Source: Hypanus sabinus
Lineage: Eukaryota
NCBI RefSeq assembly: GCF_030144855.1
Contig: NC_082732.1
Coordinates: 39,742,001-39,806,000, forward strand
Direction: 5' to 3'
Length of the DNA: 64,000 bases
The notes under the pieces are model-generated. The model worked only from the letters and a program-made list of their open reading frames with translations. It ran no database searches and had not been told where the DNA came from. This document shows positions 38,101 to 50,500 of this stretch, in pieces. Position numbers and translations under genes: made by a program. Every line of letters starts with the position of its first letter. Within the stretch, counting starts at the first letter, position 1.

Positions 38101-41100
38101 TAAAATTAAAAACACAACCTCATAAGCAGTACTATCCACAGCAGGAAGTTGACTGCTTAAAAGATATGGTTTGTAAATTGACATGACCATGAGGTATTCT
38201 CTATGCAGCAATCAAAAGCAATATTGATTGACCTGTATCAGATGCTGTGCCAGACACTGTCAGTTATTTTGATTCATTGTGATGGAGATCAAAGAAACAA
38301 CCATCAACCTAGCACATCAAACATTTGCTTTACCAGTAATTGAGATATGTCTATCATTAGCTCTAATCTTGGGAGTATGGGATGTCCTGTTTTAGACCAT
38401 CCGTGTGAATTACTCTGACATGACATCCAACATTGCTGCGGCAGTTACAACGTGCTTTCAAACATGCAGTTCAATGGAATCTAATTTTGTACTTAAGTAA
38501 ATGTTTTCAAATTGTAATAATGATCTTGCTGCTCTTTGTTGTTGAGTATCAAAACAATGCAGCTTTGAGCTCAGCTAGTCTTAAGAGGGTCTCCAAAAGA
38601 ACTGCTGTTCGATGTGATGAATAAAGATCTTCATATCGGCCTAGTATGGAAACAGCAATGCTCAAGAACAGAAAAGCCTACAACAGTGTTGAGTACAGCC
38701 TAGTCTATCTCAGAAAAAAAACTCTACAAGCCGTCATTTTCAAGGACCCTACAACTTACGTTCCCAAAATTAGTTTATTATTTGCATTGGTCATCTTCTT
38801 TTGCACACTGGTTGTTTTTCATTGTGTAGTTTTTCCATTGATTCGATTGTATTTCTTTGTTCTACTGAGAATGACTGCAAGAAAATAAATCAGAGAAATA
38901 CATGGCCATGTACAAACACTTTGATAGTAAACTTACTTTGAACTTTGATATTAAGCAGCTTTAGAGACCAGTGACTCAGATCAGTCGCCTGCTACCAATT
39001 CCCACCACCCCCACAACCCTCCGAACAACCTCACAGACTTTGTTTCAGTCAGTGTAGTTTGACAGTTCTCACCCTAAATTGCAGCAGGTCCAAGCCTGTC
39101 CTGTCCAACCCATCTTCAATACAATCCAGCCATTCCGGTAGCAATACAGTAAACTCCAGCGACAAAGAGACAAACAGGATAAGGGATCAGGCAGAGATCG
39201 ACTAAATATGGGAAAATACATCATCCAAGCAATAAATATACATTCAGCATATTGTCCAAACAAGAGATTTTTAGGCTAAGATAGAGATTTCAGCCTCCAT
39301 GTCTGTGATTCACACAAGTTTGAGATATTGTTCCACGAAACAAAATGTTTATTGACTCAAGGGGTGTTGGTTGAGTACAAAAGGAGAATATATGCTTCAG
39401 TTTTGAGACATTGTTAGACTACATCTGCCACGTTGTCTGCAGTCCTGATCTCTAAGGGAGTTAATGCATTGGAAGCAATTCAGAGTTTACCATTCTAATG
39501 TGTAACAAGCAGGTTGTCTTGCATAGGGAAGGCTGGACAGGCACTGTGAATTAGAGGTGACATCACTGAACCAGAAATCATTTACTTCAGTAAAGAGTTT
39601 AGTGCAGGGTGGGGTGCTCCATAATTCTGGATCTGAGTTCTGAAGTTTATTACTTAACTCGAGCAATTTCTTCCATAAAGTGTAATGAAGTGCAATTCAA
39701 TTTCAGGTTCAATGTGCCAGTTAAACAAAAGAAAAGTTAAGTTGACCCAACTTTTTGACCTGTGTTCAAAGGATCTTGTTTGCTTGTTCTTGCAGGAACG
39801 TGGCTCTAGGACAATATTCCATGCACCAGTTATTACCAACAGGAACAGTTATTATCCCTCAATCATCAGGCTGTTGAATCGAAGGGGATTAACTTCACTT
39901 GTCTCAACATTAAACTGTTCCTACTGAACTGGACTCACTTTCAAGGACTCCATCTCATGTTCAATAATTATTTCTTTTATTCCCCCCCCCCTTTCTTTTT
40001 TTATTTGCACAGTTTTGTTTGGCACATTAGTTATGGCCTTGTGTTTCTTGTACTTACTGTGACTGCCCACAAGAAAATGAATCTCAGTGTTATACATGGT
40101 GATATATTTTACACACTCACACCCCCCCCCCCCCACCTGGATAATAAATTTACTTTGAACCATCAATATTCAAGTCAAGCCTCTCAGGGTCTGTGCTAAT
40201 ATTTTTTGTGACCATCTGCTATTGTAACTCTGCTACGTGCTGTAGATTCTGTATTTCCAAGAGGAACATTGTTTCACTTAGCTGGATACATGTGTATGAT
40301 TGCTGATAACTAAACTTGATTACTTATGCATCAACAGAGATGATCAAGGGCTTAGATTCACAGCCTGTCCTGGTGTTGGGGGGACTGTGAGTGGGTGGAT
40401 GGATGGGAGGGAGAGATTCTGCAGATGCAGGAAATCTGAGTAACACACAAAAATGCTGGAGAACCTCAGCAGATAGGCAGCATCTATGGACAGGAATAAA
40501 CTGGACTTATTTCCACTTGGCATGATTACCTTATTATTATTTAATTATTTATGGTTTTATATTGCTATATTTCTACACTATTCTTGGTTGGTGCGGCTGT
40601 AACGAAACCCAATTTCCCTCAGGATCAATAAAGTATGTCTGTCTGTCAATGCTTCAGGACTGGAAAGGAATGGGGTAGAGACCAGAAGGGGGATGAGGGG
40701 GTATGAGTAGAAGCTGGCAGGTGGGACCAGGTGAGAGGGGAGCTGGGAGGTGATGGGTGGAAATAGTAAAGGGCTGAAGAATTAATCTGAAAGTGAAGGT
40801 GCTGGAGAAACAGCAGGTCAGGCAACATCTATGGGAATTAATAAAACGTTGACATTTTGGTCCAAAACCTCTTTCCTCAGGACTGGAAAGGAAGGGGAAG
40901 ACACCAGAATAAAGAGATGGGGAGGGGAAGAAGAACAAACTAGGTGATAGATGAACCCAGATGGGTGGAAAAGATATAGAGATAGAAAACAATGAATGTG
41001 CAGAAGAACATTTTGCTGTTGTTGCTCTGCTGAGCGTTGTAGGCATGCGATGTTGATGCTGGAATATGCAGCAAAATTTGTGAGCTGCCCCCAGCACATC

Positions 41101-41144
41101 CTTAGTTTGTGTTGGTTGTTAATGCAAAAGAACTTTCTACAGGG

Positions 41145-41590
41145 GCACAATTGAGAGCATCCTGACTGGCTGCATTGCTGCCTGGTGTGGGAACTGTACC
41201 TCCCTCAATTGCAGGACTCTGCAGAGTGATGCGGACAGCCCAGCACATCTGTAGTTGTGAACTTCCCATGATTCAGAACATTTACAAGGACAGGTGTGTA
41301 AAAAGGGCCCGTAGGATCATTGGGGACCCAAGTCATCCCAACTGCAATCTATTCCAGCTGCTACCATCCAGGAAACGGTACCGCAGAATAAAAGCCAGGA
41401 CCATCAGGACCATCAGCTTCTGCCACCAGGCCATCAGACTGATGAACCCACACTGATCTGAGTGTACTCTATATTACATTGACTGTTCTATTTATTATAA
41501 ATTACTATGATTGCACATTTAGATGGAGACGTAACAAAGAATTTTTACTCATGTATGTGAAGGATGTAAAAAACAAAATCAATTCAATTG
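41145..41590 (+). mobile_element. Rex1/Babar-like LINE 3' fragment (related copies at about 3480-3850, 12500-12960, 21125-21680, 51400-51920, 55490-56010)
   Basis: IESILTGCI..W.G..RVMRTAQHI..IYKDRCVKRARRIIGDPSHP..LFQLLPSRKRYRRIKART..SF..QAIRLMN is a typical RT C-terminal region of this clade. Confidence 0.78.
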
Positions 41591-42364
41591 ACACATTTAA
41601 TTGTATGTTGCGACGGACACATGACAAATCTAAATCAGAAATAAAACTTCTCACAGCAGCTCACTTTGGAGTCAGACAAGGCCAAAATACCCAAGGCCAA
41701 GTCATTGCTTTAAATATACCCAAAGGTTGATAGGGTGTCAAAGATTTCTGGGAGAAGACAGAAGAATGGGGTTGAAGACTGATAATAAATTAACCATGAC
41801 AGATTGGCTGAGCATGCTCAAAGGTCTGAATGGCCTAATTCTGCTAAGTGTCTTAAGGTCTTCAAATTGAGCAATAGTTTGAAAATGAGTCATCCGTTTA
41901 CTCTGTTCCTGTACTATTCAGCTACACGTGAATATGATCCTCCACTTCCACTGATTACAAAATAGCTGAAGAGATAAACATGTGACACAGCACATCTAAG
42001 AGACTGGAAAAAATGTTTAGCCTTCTGTTGAAGTTTCAATATACATCATGCTTTCCCCAGAGAAGGGGAAAAAAACATTGGTGGAGCCAGTCTTTCAGAC
42101 AGTCTTATCTGCTACCTCAGGCAGACAAGTAGTACAAGGAAGTTATCCCTTGTGCCTAATTAGCATTTCCTGGTCAGGATTAATGAACATTCAACGATTT
42201 TAGCATTTGGTCTGTTGAAATTGCTGCTGCATTCACTACATTTCAGGAAAAAAAAGCTAAGCACTTGGGCCTTTAGACAAAATGTTACAGGAACCCCCGA
42301 TAAAATGCAGCATTGTGTAGCAGCAATCCACAGGTTTGTGGTCATTTGCATTTATAGAGTTGTA

Positions 42365-42840
42365 GAAGGTACCAGGAGCTCCATAATTAAAAAATTATGT
42401 GCCAGCGTTAGAGACAGTCCGGACAAGGTCCAAGAGAATTATCCTGTGAATGAAAGGATTAATTTACAAGTGTTTGATGGAGCTGGGTCTGTACCCACTG
42501 GAGTTTACAAGAATTGCGGTGTGGGAATCTCATTAAAACCTACTGAATATTGAAAGGGCTAGATAGAGTGGACATGGAAAGGATGTTTCCTATAGTGAGG
42601 GGGAGAAATTTCTTTAGCCAGAGGGCGTTGAATCTATGGAATTCATTGCCACAAATAGCAGTGGAGTACAAGTGATTGGGCATATTTAAAGCAGAGGTTT
42701 ATAGGTCCTTGATTAGTCAGGATGTCAAAGGATACAGGGAAAAAAGGCAGGAGAATGAGGCTGAGAGGGATAATGAAATCAGCCATGATGGAATGGTGAA
42801 GCACTGACCAAATGGCCTAATTCTGTTCCCAAGTCTTATG
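42365..42840 (+). mobile_element. CR1-type LINE 3' fragment
   Basis: aatttctttagccagagggcgttgaatctatggaattc and a 3'UTR similar to 17990-18398. Confidence 0.8.
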
Positions 42841-44437
42841 ATCCCAAACTCATTTGACTGAGTTTGCCAAGAATAAATATTTAGTAGTATTTAGGAGAAT
42901 TTATCTGCTTTTCAAAGTGCTGGGGCACCTTTTGCAAGGCCAAAAAGGGAGGAACTGAAAGTTAAAACCTCATGTCTATCCAGATTTTGCACTCATGTCT
43001 GAAGGCTTGAACATTGACTTCTAATTAAAAAAATGTAGAAGGAAAGCAACAAACAAATACTGAAGGAATCCAGTCAGGCAGCATTTTGAGATGAATAAAC
43101 AGTCAACATCTTGAGCTGAGACGCAAGGGCAATCAATACTTCTCAGCTTAGAGTGTCAACTATGTATTCCCCTCCATAGATACTGCCTGACTTGCTATGT
43201 CACTCAAGATTTCCAGCATCTGCAAAATCTTGGTTTAGAAATGGAAGTTTAGTTAACAGGTAAAGTATTGACACTCTTGCAACTGTAAAATTCGTAAGGA
43301 CATGAAGTTTGGGTAAATTTGCATTTTGAGATCTGCAAAGTTCCCTTTGACGCTAATTCTTAGTTAAATAGAGTGAAAAAAATGAATGCCCATAAATAGG
43401 GAAGTACAACATATAAATATCTAGACAAATGAAATGACAATTAGTGTTAGTGAGTTTGTTGGCAAAAACAGAAGAGACCATGATCCCTTTTAATGGGTCC
43501 CTATTAAAGCAAAATATTGAATCAAAGTAATTCAAGCCAGTTGCAGAGTGCATACATATCCCAAAGAGGAAAAGCTTGTATATAGTCAAAGGAGTTGACA
43601 GCAATGCAGGGGGAGAATAAAGCTAAGGATTTGTATAAATAGGAATAGATGGTTACTGTAGACTTGGTGATTCAAAGACCCTACTACACAATGGAGAACA
43701 ATGGACTTAACCCTGCCAACAGGTCACATTAAGATCCGGCTGGTATTTAAAATATAGCATCGAATGTCGAGACTGACCATGGGGCTTGCCTTGCTTTAAA
43801 CAACTCTGCTCTGATGTAAATGCAAATCCACAAGGATTCCAGAGCAGTGTGAACTCTTGACATATTAACTGCTCAAAAATCAACCCCCATATTCCTCTCA
43901 CATTTCCCAAATCCTATGCGCAAAGTCCACAGGACATTAGTATGCATCCTGTATGTCTCCATAATTCTACAGCATTGGGGAGCTGGATATTCAACAATCC
44001 AATTCACCTCAATAACACATACAATAATGACTCAATTATTCACATTCTGAAATGGACTGAAAAATTTTAAAAACCAACAATGTCCATAAAAATTTGTATG
44101 CTCCAGTGATCCCCCCCCCCCCCCAACAATGCAAAGACTAAAATTGTCCTGTGATTAGGCTAGGGTTAAATAGGTGGATTGCTGGATAGAGCAATTTGTT
44201 AGGTTGGAAGGGCCTGTTTTATGCCATCAATAAATAATTTGCACAAAATTCACAAAATGACCAAGGTAGTGAATGCAAATTAAAAGCAACATTTAAAACT
44301 CATGCTTTTACAAAAAACATTTATAGCTTAAAAGGTTTCTGTCATTAATATTTCAGAAATTTTGTTTAATAAAATGTTGACCAACCCATGGTGACCTCCA
44401 GTTAGGCTGAAGAACTTAAAACTTCACTGTTATTTGG

Positions 44438-44527
44438 TGTCATGGGAAAACCCTCTCTCTCTTCATAGCAGCATAGTTCATAGGGTCTATTCTGGATCCC
44501 GTTACAAACTAGGGTTTTCCCATGACA
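44438..44527. mobile_element. 90-bp miniature inverted-repeat element, TG..CA ends
   Basis: Perfect 17-bp TIRs TGTCATGGGAAAACCCT (44438-44454) and AGGGTTTTCCCATGACA (44511-44527), flanked by TTGG on both sides. Confidence 0.75.
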
Positions 44528-47320
44528 TTGGAGAAAGGTAATAAATTATGTCATGAACAGATTCAGATGGGAGAGCAACAGATTGGCAAGATTCTTTATT
44601 AAGATGCAAATACAATGGTCCAGATCACCCTCCTCTCCACAACCAATAAGTCAACTCATCTTGGACTTCATGCATGTGCAGGCAATCAGAAACTGGATGC
44701 CAGCATTTCAATGGCCTAATCTTAAAATGGCCACTTTGCTGATAGAGACCAGGACCTTTTATTTGAACTGTACATAAGTACTGTGGAAAGGATTAGTTTT
44801 ATAATTTAAATGTCTAACTTGTGAACTGGCATTTGAAATAAACATTAAACCATTCCAAAATAATTTAATAACAATATACATTCAAAGGCCAGAAAATCTT
44901 ATAGAGCAGTTATCAATTGCAAAGACCCACCTTCAGGTGCATATATCAAATACGTTTTTGCTTACATACTTAAAGTCGTTAATAAGTTCTTGATTAGCAA
45001 GGGCATCAGACATGTACGGGGAGAGGCAGGAGAATGGGACTGAGAGGGATAATAAAAGTCGGCCATGATGGAATGATGCAGCAGACTCAATGAGCCCAAT
45101 GGTCCAATTTTGTACTTACGCATCAGGCATCAAGGGTTAGCTCAGCAGAGGGCATGTAGTAGTTAGCACGACTTTATTACAGCTTGGGTGTATCCTGGAA
45201 GGGAGTTCAATTTTAGCGCCATTCTGTAAAGGAGACTGTGTATCCTCCTCGTGGAATACACGAGTTTTCCCCTGGGAGCACGCAATTAATCTCAGTCCAA
45301 AGGCTTACTAGACATTGGAAATTGTCCCATGATTAGGTTGGGGTTGTGAGGTTGCTGGGGTGGCGTGTTGCTAAATAAACCAACTGTATACAGAGCAAGG
45401 TTAACAGACACTGCAGACTTGGGTAAACCAGAAAGATGCAACTCAAAGTTCCTCCCATGGTCATAAAAAAAACCTCTAGGATAGTAGATGGAATTGTGAA
45501 ATGAAGAGCTTCTTCCAAAAGATCAACGATAAGACATTACAAAATGACTTTAAGAGTAAAACTTAAGAAAAGCACTGTAATCACAGGCCAAATTTTGCAT
45601 TGTCACAAAACCATCCCACATCGATCAAATCATGCAACTAAATCCTATTATCAAGGATAAACTGAATAGTGCGAATTTAAGACAAGAGTCTCCAGTGATG
45701 CAGACAATGTTATTATACCAAAGACTTGGCTGACTTCAAAAATACATCCAAAAAAAATCTAATGACCAATTTGAATTACGGAGACAGTGAAGCCCATGTC
45801 TGACACAAAACAGCACTTACTGGATTATGCCCAAGTCTGAATTCCAGCAGAAGGAGGCAAAATTACTTTGGCCTTCTGCCATCATTCCCTGCACAAAGCA
45901 CTGAGGAATTTCACATGAGGAATATTGACTTCTATAGCACATGGAACAGATTCCCTCTGGAAGGTAGCAAGTATTAAAATAGAACAGCCACTGCAAAACA
46001 CTGGGACCCATGGTACTGCTGCATGGAGCCCATAAAAGGAAGATGAGATTTTTCTGGTCTGGCGAAGGGTTACAAATGAAGCTGACTAGTCACAGGTAGA
46101 CAAAAAGGTATGAAGCAATTTGTAATTCAAGCTTGCAACTGCAGCTGAAATCAAGATGTAGCGCTCTTTAAAATATAAAGTTACTTTAAAAACTCTTTTG
46201 CCAGCATGCTGGAGTACAAGTTCATTTAGAACAAGGCACATGTCAAAATGCACTGCAAACTATTCAGGGAATGTTTATTGGATCATACAATTATCAAGTG
46301 TACATGACAACACATGCCTGCACATCAATTTGCATACTATTCAAGAGCAACTCTTAGCACCTTTACAGAAAACATTAAAGTATCACAGCTTGAGATGCCG
46401 CAGCAAGACAAAAATGTCTTTGTGCTCAGAGGCCTTTCATGCCCCACAGGATATCAACATTCAAAGGAAATTTGTTAAAGTACATACATGCCACCATATA
46501 CTACCCCGAGATTCATTTTCTTGCAGGTATTCACAGCAACACAGAAAAACAATAGAATCGATGAAAAACTACAGAAAGACAGACAAACAACCCGTGTGCA
46601 CAAGACGGCAAACTGTGCAATTACACAAGAACAAAAAAGTAATACATTTTAAGAACAAGTTGTGGTGTCTCAAATACTTTTCTGCCAAAATATTGTGAAG
46701 TGTAGAGAGCAACTGCTAATAAATTTCCATGTTGAGTTTTAAGAACTAGTAATAGTAATATTCCATATCTGACTGTGCAACATGATAACACACCACAAAA
46801 TAAGACTGATTATTTAATAGCATTTAAACCGAATTTCTGGCAGGAAATCTGAACTGCATTGCAAATTTGATTAACTACACTTGGTTTCAGTTTCTAGATG
46901 TATTCTCTCAAGGAAATGACTCCTTTCCTCATATGCAATGCTCAAATGAATCACCTACTTGTAGGACAATGAACTCATTTCTGATTTGAGGATGACAGAG
47001 GTGTAAAAGATGGCCAGAGATGCAGATGGATGGAGAGTCAGACACTTTTCCCCTTCCCCTCCCACCCTGGGCAGAAATAGCTAATATGAGGGGTTTGGAG
47101 GAAAGCACATGGGGAGGGGGAAATTTCAGAAGCAAGTAATTTTTGCTTTAAACAGATCGGTGGGTGTGTGAAATGCCCTGCCAGCGGCAGTGGTAGAGAC
47201 AGATAAATTAGAGACATTTAAAATACTCAGATAGGCACACTGACAATGGAAAAATGGAGGGTAATGTGAGAAGGAATCTCTGAATAGGTTAAAAGTTCAG
47301 GATAACTTGTGGGCCAAATA

Positions 47321-47531
47321 CAGGTGTCCCCCGCTGTACGCCACTTCACTTTTACAAAAGACCTACATTAGTAACCTGTTTTCACATTACAAAGAGGATT
47401 TTTGTTTTTTACGTAATTTTTTCCCATTTAAATGAATGGTTCTTCACTTTATGCCATTTCGGCTTAAGAAAGGTTTCATAGGAACACTCTACCTTTGTAA
47501 AGAGGTGGTGGGGGCGGGGGGAAGACACCTG
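47321..47531. mobile_element. MITE, probably Tc1/pogo (Tigger)-type
   Basis: TA|CAGGTGTCCCCC ... GGGGGGAAGACACCTG|CA imperfect TIRs, inserted into the 3' tail of a CR1 fragment. Confidence 0.6.
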
Positions 47532-50500
47532 CAGTCCTGTATTGTGCCACAGTGTTTTATGTTCTATGTTCTTCTTCACCATCCCTACATTTAATGCAAA
47601 TACAAGGCCGAAAGTGGCTTTAAAATCATTGCTGTTCTGCTGCATTCAACTTCAGCAATTGCTATTTGAATTGATTTGCAGACCGATTTATTCCTTGCCA
47701 GTTCTTAAATATTCAGATGCCTGTTGATAATATCATGTGTAGTTCCAGATAAGCAGTTTTCATTGTCTTGATGCCTAGCCTCTAGTTCTTCACCTTCCTT
47801 TCCCCATGCAGTACTGTTGTACACTTTTCTACAGCCAGTATCATTCATCTCCTGGTCTACATCTTTGCAGAAATATCAGATTTCTCATGTGTATCAAGAA
47901 GTGCAATACCGTACATCCTTTTGCATCAAATCAGGAAATACAGAGCAGTCAATGCTTCTGGCACCAACGTAGTGTACCCACGACTCACTGACCTTAAAAC
48001 GGTAGGCCTTTGCAATGTGGGAGGAAACCCACATGATCAAGGGGAGAATACAGGCAGCTGCAGGAATCGAACATCAATCACTGGCGAGAACTGCAAAGTG
48101 ACTTTGTGCAGTGCTACACTACTGTGCTGCCCCTTTCCATTTCCCTGGACCTTAAAAAGGGTTTTATTCCAACCGTGCAGCAATATTATTGTCCCTAAAC
48201 AAATTGCCCCTCTTTCCATAGATCTTGCCTCTCCTGACTGGTCTCTATTTCAGGGCCATTTTACTTTTGGTATGCAAGTGTTTATTATACCTTCAAATCC
48301 CCATTCGTCAAAATTGCTGCTCCAGTCATAATCCACTAATCTCTTCCAGCTATGCAACCCTTCAAGGTTTACTATTCCAACTCTGGCTTGTTTCTCATCT
48401 GATTTTAAATAGTCCACGACTGGGGAGCATGTCCTCACTATCAAAACTGCAACTTCAAACAATGCCCACCAATAACACCTGTTTCTTTATGGCATCTCTT
48501 GGGTCAAACTTTTGTTAACTGCTTAAAGTCAAAGTACGTTATCAAAGTACTTATGTCACCATATACTACCTTGAGATTCATTTTCCAAGTTCAAAGTAAC
48601 GAGCTTCTTCATGTGGAATGAGCTTCCAGTAGAAGTGGTAGAGGCAGGTTCAATTTTGTCATTTTAAAAAAATTGGATAAGTATATGGACAGGAAAGGAA
48701 TGGAGGGTTATGGGCCGAGTGCAGGTCGGTGGGACTAGGTGAGAGTAAGCGTTCAGCACGGACTAGAAGGGCCGAGATGGCCTGTTTCCGAGCTGTAATT
48801 GTTATATGGTTAAATTTTCTATCAAAGTAAATATACCACATACAATACTCAGATTAATTTTCTTGCAGGAATTTCATGTAAATGTGCTCAATGGTGAGAA
48901 CTGGGACATTTTCTGGAGGATTTTCCATTCAAGGGCCTTCGTGTTTCCATACCACATTGTGATGCAGTGCAGGCATCCACAGTCGATCAAAGAAATATAA
49001 CAGAGTTAATGCAAGACCACACAAAGTGCAAAAGACAAACTGTGCAAATAAAAAAATAATAACTAAATGAATAATACTGAGACCACGAGCTGTACAGACC
49101 CCGAAAGAGAGTCTGTAAGATGTGGAAACAAACCTGCACTGAGGTGAGTAAAGCTAACCATGTTGGGCAATGGCTGTTGCTGTTGCAGTGGCTGTTGGGC
49201 AATGAATCTGCATGGGACCCAAAGCTCCGTACCTACTTCCTGATGGCAGCAATGAGAAGAGAGCATGACCTGGATGCTGCTTTCTTGTGGCAGCGCTCCC
49301 TTGCCTTGCAGCTCAGTATCAAAGTGTCTGCTGGGCAAGACTCCCGTGAAGAGTTAACAGGGTGATAAATAGGCATCAAGAGTAATGAAAGCTGCGCCAG
49401 TGATATCCTGAACAAAGTTAAACCACTGGATTCTGTACAGGGAAACTAGTATGTTGTCAAAGAAAGCAATCTGACATTTAGTGTTTTTGGAATGGTGAAC
49501 AAATAAAAAAAAGCACTTTCAAATGAGAACAAAGCATAATCCCACCTCAGGCCATTCTAAAAATGTTTCAGATTGAGTCCAGATGACTATGCTTCCTTTC
49601 AAAAATTAAATTAGTATACTTTGATAAAATCTATCAAATCCAAAGTTTTAATAGCAGCACGAATAAATTTTTATGCCTTTTTCCTGTTAAGCTTTGAAAT
49701 CAATGTTAACACAAACTACAGCATATTGAGAGACAACTGGAAAAAGAACGTGATTGCAACTGATTTGTGGGGTTGCTGGGGCAGCATGGCTCAAAGGGCC
49801 AGAAAGGGCTTCTCCACACTGCATTGCTAAATAAATAAAACTGACCAATACTGAATTCCTCCAGCATCTTGTGGGTGCTGCTCAAATGCTGGAAGAACTA
49901 ACTCAACCAGTTAGACAACATCCACGGAGGGGAAAAAGAACAGTCGATGTTTCGGGCTGAGACCCCTTCATCAGTCCTGGTGACATCTGACATTTCAACC
50001 ACTCTTCAGAATGAATGTTCTACATTTTTTTACATGACAATTTTAATCCCAATGGGATATTGTTGTACAAGAATTGGGCTCCAATACTTCACCAAAGCTG
50101 CCAATTTTCAGATGCTGGCAGGCAATCTCTGCGTTGTAGCAGAGTTGTTTTCCTAGGAAATTGTCCTTATCTTGATTTACTGTAATGACAAGCTAGATCA
50201 TCATGTCAAAAAAAATGAGTTTTAAATCATTTTAAAAATTCTCTCCCACAAACTTAATAGAGCATTTTTTTTAAAGTAGCAATTTGCAAATTCCACAAGA
50301 TTAAGTTTCCATGACTTAAAATGGTCACCTGTATTCATCGTTAAGTATTTTAAGTCTGATGAGGGTCATGGCCCAAGATGTCAGCTCTTTATTTCTCTCC
50401 ACAGACATTGCTTTACTTGCCGAGTTCCTCCAGCATTGTGGGTGTTACTTGGGATGTCCAGCATCTGTAGAATCCCTCGTTTATGATCTGCTGGCATTAG

